Source: Hypanus sabinus
Lineage: Eukaryota
Assembly (NCBI RefSeq): GCF_030144855.1
Contig: NC_082713.1
Location: 47,554,001-47,618,000 of the forward strand
DNA: 64,000 nucleotides
Direction: 5' to 3'
Positions 38,419 through 50,598 of the stretch are shown here, one piece after another (position 1 is the first letter of the stretch; each line of letters starts with the position of its first letter). The notes beneath the pieces are model-generated. The model searched no databases. It was not told the origin of the DNA and worked only from the letters and a program-made list of their open reading frames with translations. The position numbers and the translations under genes were made by a program.

Positions 38419-38780
38419 TCACACAAAATGCTGGAGGAACTCAGCAGACAAGGCAGCATCAACAGAAAAGAGTACAGTTGATGTTTTGGGCCGAGACCCT
38501 TTAGCAGGACTGAAGGGTAGGCATCCCTGGAACAGATTTTGCAGTGCACTAATCCAATCACGAAGAGAAAATCTGCAGATGCTGTTAATCCAAGCAACAC
38601 ATGCAAAATACTGGAGGAACTCAGCAGGCCAGGCACCATCTATGGGAAAGAGTACTGTCGACGTTTTGAGCTGAGATCCTTTGGCACTTGGCCCGAAATG
38701 TCGATAGTAATCTTTTTCATAGATGCTGCCTGGCCTGCTGTGTTCCTCCAGCATTTTGTGTTTGTTGCTTGGCTTTCCAG
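38419..38780. mobile_element. Compound tandem plus fold-back Penelope pLTR element inserted in a Rex1-type 3'UTR
   Basis: Two direct pLTR arms and one inverted arm; TSD TGTATACCTGCA (38407) / TGTTTACCTGCA (38781). Confidence 0.85.
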
Positions 38781-39351
38781 TGTTTACCTGCACTGTACTT
38801 TATTTGCAATGTAACACTATTCTGTACTCTTATTGTTTTATCTTGTACTTCCTCAACACAACGTTGTAATGAATTGATCTTCCTGGACAGTCCACAAGAC
38901 AAGTTTTTCACTCTACCTTGGTAGATGTGATAAAAATAATTTACTGAATTTAATATACTGTAATATTTTGTTTTATGTAGGGTATGATTTATACTAAGAA
39001 ATAACATTTATGACTCTCAAAAAGGCAAATGAGGCAAGACATTTTGGTGTATGAGTTTTTACATAGCCATTTGTAATAAAGCAGTTGACTACATTTGATG
39101 ATCAGAGCATCTGCCATTTTCAGTTTTATAGTAATAGATTGTTTTAGGTGAAACAAAAGGAAAATTTTGGAGTCAGGTAAACATGTATCAAATTCACATA
39201 ATTTGGTGAGCCACAGCATTTCCTCCAGACAAATTAGTGAACTTCGGATGAGAAAGGATTATTTTCTTGAAATCCTTTATCTTTTATTTCTAACTCCTAC
39301 CTTGTTGCTGATTGCTGCTGCTTATACTTAATTCAGTTTTCTTTGTCATAG

Positions 39352-39544
39352 ATGCATGGCAAAGAAGAAATGCTTTACTCCAAGTGCTGTATACAAGCCT
39401 TTTGGAGAGCAAGCAGCAGGTGTGTTGAGTCTGTCGCAGTTCCAGACTTTGCAGGATGGAGATGGGGAGATTGCTGCACTGAGGGATCTTGGACTTACTG
39501 ACAGGGAAATCCAACTCTGGCAAGAAAGAGAGTCTCTAGTTAAG
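39352..39544 (+). CDS. RBM41: RBM41 exon 3
   Basis: catag|A CMAKKKCFTPSAVYKPFGEQAAGVLSLSQFQTL...LRDLGL...ESLVK|gtgagg; 193 nt. Confidence 0.95.
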
Positions 39545-40116
39545 GTGAGGTATGCTTGAAGGGTTTTACAAAACGTGGGCAGGGTGAAATCATAATTTGC
39601 GATGTTTGCCCACAAGCAAGTTCATTGACCAAGCAAAGTTAAAGGATTTAATGTTTTTTATTGATGTAATATTTTGTGACAGTATGTTCACCTGATGCTT
39701 AAGTACAGTTTTATATTGAAAATTTATGTGGATCATGTGCTTGCAAATTGCGGAAGATCTGTGGATGTGTACTTTTACTCTCAAGTACAGTTTTAACCAA
39801 GAAATAAAGCATCAATGCAACCTACAAGTGAAGTAAATGTTGTGACCACTCTGTTTTGAAATTACTTAACAATGATCCTCCCATTTTTCTTCATGATATG
39901 TTTGTTTGGATTATGTGTGCATGTAGCGCTTTGTTATTCTCAGTCTTTCATTTTTCATAAATGTTCTTGGAATGTGCCCAAGTGTGTTTTTCTCCCACTA
40001 ATTTTACTTTGAGCAATATAAAACCCTCATCTGCAGCAAAGTGAAATTTGGCAGTAAGTGATTGATGGATTAGTGATTGAAACCCAGTCTCTTAAAGCCA
40101 TTTTGTTTGCTTTAAG

Positions 40117-40321
40117 TTCTCAGGATTTGGAGCAGATCCAGCAGCAGTGCAGCAGAGACTCCGTGCCATTGAAGAAAAGATTGAGGAGCGCCAACGACTT
40201 TTGTCATTGCCCCAGAGATTCGCAGGAAGTAAACAATTGAATAGGAGAGAGATGGAGATTGAAAAAGCCATGTTTCAAGGAAGTGACCGACACACTTTTT
40301 TGAAAGCATTATATTACCAAG
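40117..40321 (+). CDS. RBM41: RBM41 exon 4
   Basis: In-frame acceptor tttaag| at 40116; FSGFGADPAAVQQRLRAIEEKIEERQRLLSLPQRFAGSKQLNRREMEIEKAMFQGSDRHTFLKALYYQ G|gtatat; 205 nt. Confidence 0.9.
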
Positions 40322-42375
40322 GTATATATTTTGGTCATTAAGTAGGTTTACATCTCCCTCTTTTTACACAATCATTTTCTATGCAAGAGAAATGAACCAA
40401 CCTGTTCCCAACTTTCTGTTGTACAGGAAGATAAATAAGAATAGGCTGGTGTAAAATGCTTTTGATTATTTTTTTCTTGAAAAGAAAAGGAAGTAATTGG
40501 CTTGTGTGCTAATGTGGGGTTTACTATTCTGTAGAGCAGGGCAAAGGAGCAGTTGAGCCTTAAAGACCTGGTGTATTCATCTTTAATTGCAGAAAGAACT
40601 CAAGTCCCCTGCTTCAGTTCAGAGGTCAGAAAGCTGTGTGTTATTTAATATTCTTTGACTGTAGCCAGTTTTGTGGTCAAAACTTTTTTTGTTCTATTTA
40701 AATACTTACAGACTTGTTCTGTGAACTTGTATGTTTCTATGTTGTAATACTTATTGTTCTGTACCCTTCCAGAATATTTGTGACAAATAAATGGCAAATT
40801 CCCAGAGTAGTGGACACAGAAAATGGTACTGTATGACAATATGCCAGTCATCGTCTGGGTGCTGACGGTTAATTATGTTTTTTTTTGTAAGTCTCTTTCT
40901 CTCCCAATTTTAGTTCCTGAAATCTCCTCAACGTCACGCACCTTCCCCAACTGCAAGCATGGATTGGAGAACTACCCCCAGAGCTCTGCCAAAGTCACTA
41001 CATAACTGATCAATGGATGTGCGCTGGACGAGCGCATGATGACATGACTTTTGATTTTTCCTTTTCCAGTTTCTAGTTCTAAGCAGCAGCATTGAGATTT
41101 GAAGTCTAACTTGGGGGAGTTGGGACTTAAATATACATCCTGCAGGAGAACCGCACAGCCCCAAAGCTTTTGGTTACTTGTGTTTAATGTCCATGTACAA
41201 CAAGCTGGCTATCTCAGTTCGGCCATCTAGTAGATGTGAGCAGAAGTGAGGTGGTACTTCTGTGAAAGGGAAAGCAAATTGGATTGAGTCAGTAACAAGT
41301 AAGACTCACAGCTGCTGATTCTAGAATGGCTTGGGTAGAGACTTTGGAACAGGCTGTCTGTCCTGCCCGTTCTCCTGATTAGGGAATGATGCGTGGCGTA
41401 GAGGACCTAATTAAATTAACAAAAATAATTTGCAACGTGGTATTCAAGACACTGCCAAGTTGACTGGTTGGAAATATGGGGCAGATGATGCTATTTAGTA
41501 TCAGTTTCCTCAGCCATAATCATTTTTTTTTCTCTCGCCACCAAATTGTTTTGCCAGTAATGGAATGCTGCTCACTCTAGTTTTCCTATCCATCTATGTG
41601 TGATCAATATTGATACAAAAGCTTCATTGGTTCAATATGTGGGTATAGAGCCAAACACCTATAGGAAAAAATACTTTTGTTCATGGCTTGCCAAAACGTG
41701 TATCCAATGTGATTAAGTCACAAAGAGTCCTTCAGAGTTCTTCTTTATGGTAGATTGCTCCAAACATTTATAACCTCTTTGAGCAGCTTTTGTTTTCAAA
41801 TTAAATTTTAAATTCATTTAATTCTCAAATTTGTTCATTCATGTTGAAAGTGGGAGAAATGAATTATGAATATTGGCCAATATATGATCTTATTTTTAAT
41901 AAATTTAACACATTAATGTGCAGTTACAAGTTATAATTTTATAATATCCTTATTCATATTGTTTATTCCAACTGTTAATTTCACTTGGATACAGTCTGGC
42001 AATTATAAACCTATTAGGCGATTTAACTTATGTGTTGTGGAACAAAATTTCGAAAATTCAATTCTTTCTTGGTTTAAATAGAAATTCGGTTTCAGTTGAA
42101 AGTCTGAGCCAAATGTGGCACCAAGTAGTTTCTAGTTTAATTTAGCATTCAGCTAGTGCTGTAATTTTATATTATAAATTGGGGTTCTCAAACATTGGAA
42201 TGGACAAATTCTGCGTCCATTACCTCAGTCATAGGATATACTTGGGTCAAGGAGAAAAAAGATAGGGTAGCAGGGTTAAGGCACTGATCCATGTGTGCAC
42301 TTTGACATGCTTATTTTATTATGCTTTTCCCCTTGTCATGCTGTGTCTAATATGCTTGTATTTATTCCACTTCAG

Positions 42376-42794
42376 ATGAGCAATTTATAAAAGACCAGAG
42401 TGACCCAATCAACCAATTGGAAATGATGTTATTAAAATTCAAAAATGATTCTGCTGGAATGGAAGAAAATCCAAAAAACAGACCAGGATCTTCCACAGAA
42501 ATACCTTCTACAGCAACTAGTGAAGGAGTTGGTTTTGGAGAAATGACTAGTCTGCTTCTACCACCACAAAGTGAGCTCAATGTCCCCGACCAGTATGAAA
42601 ATCAGAACACCAAGAGACTTTCAGTCAGCGTGCCTATCAGAACCCTACCCAGCACTGGCACCCAGTGTCCTCAAAAAATTATCCAGCAAGTGGAAGCTGT
42701 TTCTGTAGAAGAGATCCGGAGGAACAAACTTTCTGAGGAGGAAATCAGAATGATTCCCAGATTTTCAAACTATAATCCTGGGCAACCAAGCAGG
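42376..42794 (+). CDS. RBM41: RBM41 exon 5
   Basis: ttcag|(D)EQFIKDQSDPINQLE...EEIRRNKLSEEEIRMIPRFSNYNPGQPSR|gtatga; 419 nt. Confidence 0.93.
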
Positions 42795-43399
42795 GTATGA
42801 TATTTGTAATAAGTTGGAACAGCATTCTTGTTGATTTTACTCAAGGGAAAATGTCCATGTTCAAAAGTCTTTGATGTGAATTCCCTCCAGGAAGGGCACT
42901 ATTGAAGTGCTTTACTAAGAGAATTCACTGAGAAGATGTGTGTGTTCTCTGTCCACTGGGTTTGTTATATCTTCAAAGAACTCTAAGTTTGTCAAACATG
43001 ATTTTCCCTTCCTGAATCCATCCTCTACCTGATGGAACCATTTCTATCCAGATGTCTTGCTATTTCTTCCTTAACGATAGCTTTAAGTATTTTCTTGACT
43101 ACATATGTTAAGCTAACTGGCCTATAGTTACCTGCCTTTTGCCTAAAGCGATGGCCTGACACTTACTGCTTAGAGTCTAGAGAATTTCAGTAAATTATCA
43201 CAAACACCTCTATGATAACTTTTGCCATATTTTACAGTACCCTGTAGTATCATTGACAGCTAACAAGAGCCAGCTTCACTATTCAGTGCATGGAAGCATT
43301 CCAAACCCCATTATCTCTAGTCATAACCCAAATATTGGTGCTACAGAGAAACCATTACCTTATCAGTGAAACCTTACAGCATGTTACGTAGCAGTGAAA

Positions 43400-44817
43400 C
43401 CCTACAGCATGTTACAGAAGAAACAGAAATGTTATTTAATTGATTGTTTTCTTGTTGGAATTAATGTCATTTGCAAACAGAGCTCCTTACACCAAGTATT
43501 CAAAATATATAGCACTTCGATGTCATCTGTGATTTGGTTAGATGAGAAGTTAATAAGGAAATTGTAGCTTGAATAACTGATCGTTAAATACGTTGGAAGT
43601 ACTGTCTCCTGAGAGTGAAGTCCACTGAATGTGACCTTTGAATTCCTTGTAAATTTTGATAGCTTTTGAACTTGTGTTTAACTGGCATAAAAAAACCTTT
43701 TTTATGACCACAACATTGACATTTGCTGCAAATCTGTTTCTTTCGGCATTTTCTTGTGTAATATCACACATTACAGTTGCAACAAGCTGTGTTTGACCAC
43801 TTGGAGACCTGCTGAGTGATGATGTCTGGGCCATTGGAAACTGCATTGATATGGCTCTATTTGACCAGGTTGGAATCGTGTTTCAGGTTGATTAAACACT
43901 GATACTCTTGAGTGGCAGCGTGTAAAATCATATCAGGGTTTTGCACGTTTGCAAATGTCTGCATCGTCAGGTGCCTAAAGTCCACAGATAAAAAACAGGC
44001 ACTTGAACTGTGACTCAGTCACATTACTCAGTTATGTTACTCAGTTTGAACTTTTCACATTTGTGATTAATCACACCAGCAGACGTGACAAAGTCATCAG
44101 CATAGTGAACACTGAAGAGATATGACTGCTCTCCGAAAAGCATGTTAGCTGTCGAAGACAGTTTTGTCAAATGATAGGTCACACGGGTTCTTAGGCAGAA
44201 TGAAGCTGAAATAATGCTCATATTCAGCAGCACCCAGTTTTTGGAGCAAAGTGTGTGTCTTCCATGAGTCATCTTTACTGGTAAACCCCACTCAGAGTAT
44301 ATCTTTTTAATGTTTAAGTCATGATTCAAATGTAACTCCTGAAATGGCATCAAACTAGAAGTTGGTAATGGACAGAACAGCTGACTCATGTGAGTTCTGT
44401 TCAGTGTTTGACACCGATATCATCGGATTCAATGATAACCTGCAGGTCGAGGTTTTGATTAACTTCAGCTGAACCACCTCAAATTGAGCTTGCTGCTGTT
44501 GCAGGATTGTGTGCAAGTCTGCTCAAATTGTCATGTTGATATAATACAGCACCTCGTCACCAATTTTTTTTTTGCCTGCACTTTCCTATAGTTACTGATG
44601 AGACGCAAAGCTGGAACTTGAAGTACTCCTTTATTCAGTAAATCCATGCAACTACAGATCTCAAAACTCAACTATAATCCCAAAGCACAATTAGTTAAAT
44701 GGTTTACCCAAAGAACATTCAAGATGTTGATTGGAACAACTACTAATTAGTGAAAGTTAGCCTGGGATTTGTTGTCAGCTGTTCAATAGGTGTTGGTTGT
44801 TTCAGCTTGCCGTAACA
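43400..44817 (-). mobile_element. Gypsy (Mag-type) LTR retrotransposon remnant: 5'LTR, PBS and decayed gag
   Basis: LTR-like TGTTACGG...GCAGGCA at 44817-44573 with AATAAA; PBS TGGTGACGAG at 44562-44553; ATG at 44534; gag remnants LLQKLGAAEYEHY..ILPKNP, LFGEQSYLF, DDFVTSAGVINHKCEKFKL, QFKCL; Cys knuckles ~43790-43690. Confidence 0.75.
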
Positions 44818-46329
44818 CTCATCTCCTATCACATCTATAACATTTCTCTTTGTCATGTTAGATGTGTCCTCCACCATGAAAACTGACAAAATGGTAATTC
44901 AAAGCCTTGGCCATATCTGCAATACCCAGTATTCATGTTCATTTTAACTATCCTTTTCTACTTTATAAAATTGTAATATCTTTTACTGTCTTTTTAAATT
45001 TTATGCTAGTTTACTTTCATTATATATAATCCATTTCCTTATTGCTTGCTTGGTGGTTCTTTGTTACTTTTTCAAATTTTTCCCATTCTTTCAATTTCTC
45101 AGCACTTTGTGACTTTGGATGATCTTTTAGTTTATTATCTATCTTTATTTCCTTAGTTATCCAAGGTTGATTCTCCCCACTATTGCTGCTTTGTTTTTAA
45201 TTGGAATATATTTTAGTTGAGTACTGTGAAAATGCTTGTATTCCCAGTCTACATTAGCCATCTACTCCCTCATCCTGTTGTAGTCCCCTTGTTTAGGTGT
45301 AATAGACTGGTTATTGCCCTCCCATTGAAAAAAAATAAACATACTGTGATTCTTCTTTCCAAGAGGATCACTAACTACAAGATCATTAATTTTATCCGTC
45401 TCTTTGCATAGGGCCAGATCTAAGATAGCATTTTCCCTTGTAGGGTTACTAACTTGTTGTTTGAGAAAGCCATCAAGACTACCTCACCAACATTTTTTAC
45501 CCAATGTATGTGCAAGTTAAAGTCCCCCATGACAATCGCATTAGCATTATTATACGTATCAGATATTTCTTGGTTTATTGCCAGTGCTCTTGTACTGCTA
45601 TTTGTTTTTTTTTTCTTTTACAGTTCCTAATCTCTACCCAGACAGATTCCACATTATGTTCCTTAGGTCTTGTATCATCTTTCCCTATTGTCCTGACCTC
45701 ATCCGTAATTAAGAGCACTTCCTGCCTGTCCTTCTGTATTACCTGATACCCTTGGAGATTTAATTCCAAATCATCTCCATACTGCAGCCATGTTTCTAAT
45801 GACCACTAAATCATACCCTTTCATACTGATTTGTGCCACAAACTCAAAGACCGTGTTTTGAATACTATGGACATTCAGTTGAAGTGTCCTTTCAGAATCT
45901 AGCAATTTTTAATTTTTTTTTTGAGATTTCTGTACTCCACTCTTACCTCTTTTCTAACTTGCACTTTGGTCTCTGCATTGTTTCCCTCTGGCTTTCTGCA
46001 TGGATTCTCATTCCCATATTAGTTTAAACCCTTCTCAAAAGCATGAGCAAAGAATCTCCCAGGTTATTGATCCTGTTCCTGCACAGGTGTCGAGAGAGAT
46101 TCCACTTTTGCCAGAACCAATTCAAATGGCCTAGAAATCTGAAACCCTCCCTGCTACACTACTACTCATTCATTCTGACTATTTTGCTAATCCTACTCTG
46201 ATTAGCATGTGGCACAGGTAGTAATCCTGAGATTGACCTTTGAAGTCCTACTTTTTAAACTTAGTCTTGGCTCCCTAAATTTGGCTTGTAGGATCTCATC
46301 CCACATTTTTACTATATTGTTGATACCTA

Positions 46330-46688
46330 CAGTTGCAAGAAAGGGTTTTAACCATTTGCAATTACCTGGCATCAGGAATGGTCTAAATTCCTCCACACCA
46401 TTGTGCAAGTCTGATCAGCTGCTACAAGAAACATTTGTTGGAGGTATTGCGTTTAAAGCAGGTTCTACTAGTTATTAAATACAAGGGTTCACATACTTTT
46501 TCCAGACTGGATTGTGAATGATTAAGCAATGTATTCAATAAAGAGATGAAATGTACAATTGTTTGTGTGTTATTAGTTAAGGCAGATTGTGTTTGTCTAT
46601 TAGATGATGATCAGACCACATTTTATGAGTAATTAACGCAAAAAAACAGGTAATTTACAAGGGGTTCACAAATTTTTTCTTGCAACTG
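46330..46688 (+). mobile_element. Internally deleted Tc1/mariner element (IR/DR type)
   Basis: TA TSDs at 46328 and 46689; TIRs CAGTTGCAAGAAA / TTTCTTGCAACTG; transposase C-terminal remnant EWSK..HCASLISCYKKHLLEV..GSTSY*; inner direct repeat AAGGGTTCACA. Confidence 0.88.
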
Positions 46689-48843
46689 TATATGCACCAT
46701 GATAACTGCCTTTTAGAATGGCCCTGTAGCCACTCCAAGACATCCCTCACCCTTGCACTCAGGACGTGACACACCAACCAGGAGTTCCATTTATGATTGC
46801 AGACTTGGGCTGTGTGTTTTTTGTGACTATGTTCATTGCTATTATAATTATATGTGCTATGTATACCTTGTGCTTTTACTGTTGGTACTGTGTTTTGCAT
46901 CTTGGCTCCGGAGGACCGCTGTCTCATTTGGCTGTGTTCATAGGTATTCACGTATGGTTGAATGATAATTGAGCTTAAAGCTCCCATCTATTCCCTTTAA
47001 CAGGGTATCCCCTACCACTATAGCTCTGCCACTCTTTTTCTTACCCTCCTGTACAACAAAGCCATTCATGGTGCCATGATTTTGGCTACTGCTGCCTTCT
47101 CTCGATGAGCCATCACCCCCAATAGTACACAAAGCATTATATTTTAGAGGGAGATTACTGAAAGGTTGACCAACAGATAGAACAGTGGCAGGAAGGACTC
47201 CTTCCTGCCACTGTTCTGCCTGTTGGTCACCCTTTCACTATCTTTTCTTAGGCCCTAAACTGTCATGTGACCAACTCACTAAACATATTGTCCACAACAT
47301 TCTCAGTACCATGGATGCTTCAAAATGAATCAGTGTGCAGTTCCAGTGTGGAGCTGCAGCTTAAGCATAAGTATTTCTTGCACAAATAGTCATCAGACCT
47401 TCTGGCATTCTCCTTAAATTCCCACATGCAGAATTGAACTTGCCTGCCATGACTAAAAAGCTTTGAAGGGAAAAATATAAGAACCTAATCTCACCTTACT
47501 TTGGTGTTGGCTTACTCTCCTTGCTGAAGCTCTGTATTCTCCAAAGCTCACACAAAAAAAAAGCAGGACTTTGACAAGATAGCACCTCCTCTCAAAGTTG
47601 TTGTCCAGCATTAGCAAACATGCCTAGTGATATTTTTGTCATCCTTCTCACTTAAACAGTATTGCAAGCCTCTCAATTTAGTCATTATTGTCATGTAGGT
47701 TTGGGAAAAAAGTTAGAATTTTGATTGAGGAGGGGGAATAGTTGAAATGTTGGATGCAATTTTTTCAAAAATCTACATTGAAAACAAAGTATATTTTTCT
47801 GCTAAACTTCAAAAATTCAGGTTTGTCATTGTGAATTATTTAGAAGATCATCAATATAATATCTGATTAGATTTAAACTGTGAAAACACCACAACCGAAA
47901 AAAAATCTATAATCTCTGCTTTGACTATCGTTAACAACAGCCTTCATGAGCTTCTTGGGTGGGGATTTCCAACTGCTTACCATCCTCACGCTGAAGAAAT
48001 TTCTTATTTGTGAATGATCCTTTATTTTGAGATTGTATCCTCATATACTAGACACCTAGCCAGGGGAAGCATCAACTCTGCAACAACCCTTTCAGCTCTT
48101 ATAAGGGTGCAAAGTAAATATGAAAAGGGTTATTTGAAATTTTATTGCTTATCCTTTAGGGAAAGCAGTTCCAACTTTGTATAAACTTCCTCAAATTTAA
48201 AACTACCCTCAAGCTTCCTCTAAATCCCAGGATTAATCTCTTCCATCTTATTTTCTTGTGCCTGTACTGCCTCTCAGTCTTCATATTTCTCAAGAAACAC
48301 CTGTTTTCCAGACCTTTCATATGAGCCTTTGTTTCATCTCCATGGCATGCTTGTTTACTTGTGTTTTGGTCACCAGGATTAAATATAATATTTAAGCTGC
48401 AACTTGACTGGAAAACTTTTATGGCTTTAGTACATAAAATGGCCTCAGACTTAAATTTCATCTGTTTAGGAAACCAGAGCAAGTTCTTAAACTCATAGGC
48501 ATTGCATAAGACTGAGCGGAGTAAGAAATAAAAATTTGTAATTTGGGGTTGATAAAGGGTAAACATTTCAGGTTATGAGGGCAAAAAAGTTGAGCTCAAT
48601 TATCCAGAAATGTAATTTTGGCAGGATCTTTAAATGTTTTGTTGCTCCTACCATTCTGGACTGTTACTTGATTTGATATAAATGATCAGTTTGATTAAGA
48701 CAAAATATGTTTTCATAGCTAGTAATGTGAATTCAGTAAAATTGTTTATAGTTGTAACCCATCAGCTATGATGCTGTGCTGAAGTGCAATTTAAACTTGC
48801 AATTCACCATTTACTTCACTATATCAATTATTTTCCTCTTCAG

Positions 48844-48991
48844 GTTCTGTACTTGAAAAATTTGAATCCAAAAGCCACATTGGAAGATTTGTTTTCCTTA
48901 TTTGTTTCCTTCCAACAAAAGGATGGCCCTCAGCTCCTTTTCCGGTTACTGACAGGTCGAATGAAGGGACAAGCTTTCATTACCTTCCCAA
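48844..48991 (+). CDS. RBM41: RBM41 exon 6 (RRM, RNP2/RNP1)
   Basis: cttcag|VLYLKNL...GRMKGQAFITFP A|gtatgt; RNPC3/RBM41-type C-terminal RRM; 148 nt. Confidence 0.96.
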
Positions 48992-49732
48992 GTATGTATA
49001 TCTCTATACTAAAGAAACACTTTTTGAGGAATTATCACAACAATGCTCTGTTCAAACTTCAGAGTAAAATTTATTTTATTGGATTTAACAAACAACATTT
49101 ATTTTAAAATGAGCTGTTAGTGGTAACTAACTTGAGGGAATGAAAGCTCATTGATAGTTCTATTTTTCATCAGGACTATAAAGCAGGTAACTGGTAAATC
49201 ATAAACCTAATGGAAAAAGTGAATCTGTTATTGGGGAAAAATACTAGGTGGTTTATGTGTGCAAGTATTGCTAATGGTAATGTCACTTCCACTTACAAAT
49301 GTAATTTTCGTTAGAACTGCTGAAATACTGTTGCTATTAAGACATTTTATTCTTTTTTATATTAAGTTTCCAGCACTAGATGCATTTTCTAAGTTGCAGA
49401 TGCAGTAGGAGTTACCAGTTTTCTGTGCAAAGTCCCATCATGACTGAGTATACGAGAGCTATCATGGAATGGTCAAATGAGCAGGTTCGGCTTATTCTGT
49501 GCCTGTCTCTTGCATCTCTTGGGTTCTGAATAGCATCTTTTGCACTGTTTACTTATTGACTCTGGCTGGAAATTTCATATATGTTAATGTAAAGATTTGG
49601 TCCAGTTGCCTGCTGGCATTTAACTGGCTTTTGCATTAATGAAGTTTTTATTTCAGCTGTCAGTTGAATATATCATGGTCAAAAATTCTGATGAGTTACT
49701 TAATAATTTTTTGTTGTGTCATTGCATTTTAG

Positions 49733-49833
49733 GTGTAGAGTTGGCAATGGAAGCCCTGAACCTGGTGAATGGTTACAATCTGATGGGCAAACCAATTATT
49801 ATTGAGTATGGGCAGAATCGATCCCACCAGTGA
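49733..49833 (+). CDS. RBM41: RBM41 last coding exon
   Basis: ttttag|(S)VELAMEALNLVNGYNLMGKPIIIEYGQNRSHQ-TGA; total CDS 1194 nt = 397 aa. Confidence 0.95.
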
Positions 49834-50552
49834 ACTGGACTTTCAGAGCTATGGTCAATGGAAGGAGCTTAAGCACAAATGTTATTCAGTGCAAATACAT
49901 TACAAATTGTAAAGTGCCCCTGTGTGCCCCCTTCCCCCAAAGGAAACATCTATATAATTGGTTCGAATGCATGGACTTTCATTTGCACAAAGTATTTTCT
50001 TTAGAGGCATTGAAAAATATCTTCTGTTATCTGGATAGTAAAAATAATACATGCAAGGGTATGGTTTAACAAAATCATCTTTGGCCTTGCACTGGTACCT
50101 GATGTGGTACTGGACCATTTGGAACATGGAGGTTCCAGGTTTAATGCTTCATGGTTAAGGTTTCTCAGTTTGTTACATTTAGAGTATTACAGTTGAATGA
50201 ACTTTTTCTTTAAGAGTTGAGTACACACCACGAGCTTATGCTGTTGCAGTTAAATGGTTCCAGTTAAGACTGCTCATAGTTGAAAGACCAAGCAATGTAC
50301 ATTTTCTTAAAGGAAAAATGTACTTTTGTGCAAGGGACCAGTGACAGCTATAAAGAGGAACTCTGGGTAAAGTTAGCTGCTTCAGGAAAAGAAAGAAAAC
50401 TGGGGCAGTATATATACACCTTTTGTTCAGGAAAACAAAAAACCTGTTCATTCTCACAGTCTTTAAATGGCATTTTCACACCTTTTTAATGAGTACTAAC
50501 ATTTTGTTTTTAAAAATTGTGAATTTTTTAAAAAAAGTAATATTTTCTAAAC

Positions 50553-50598
50553 AATAAATCTTGGGAAAAAATTGTTGTTGAAAGTAAGTCCCAATAAA
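50553..50598 (+). terminator. Candidate RBM41 polyA signals (AATAAA at 50553 and 50593)
   Basis: Canonical hexamers ~720 nt after the stop; TTGTTGTTG follows the first. Confidence 0.55.

Larger units (their letters stand above)
42920..47450 (-). mobile_element. Old long CR1 LINE (ORF1 esterase, endonuclease, RT start) fragmented by later insertions
   Basis: RAIVVGDTLLKG (GDS-like esterase), LNLQGYQVIQKDRQ and VESVWVEIRN endonuclease remnants. Confidence 0.75.

Noticed and set aside
41036-41042. ATGATGA C-box suggesting an intronic C/D snoRNA
   Set aside because: No CTGA D-box with a terminal stem at a plausible distance downstream
41944-41951. ATATCCTT (U12-type donor-like) in RBM41 intron 4, suggesting RNPC3-like USSE regulation
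   Set aside because: Single 8-mer in AT-rich sequence, not a tandem pair; all annotated donors here are U2-type
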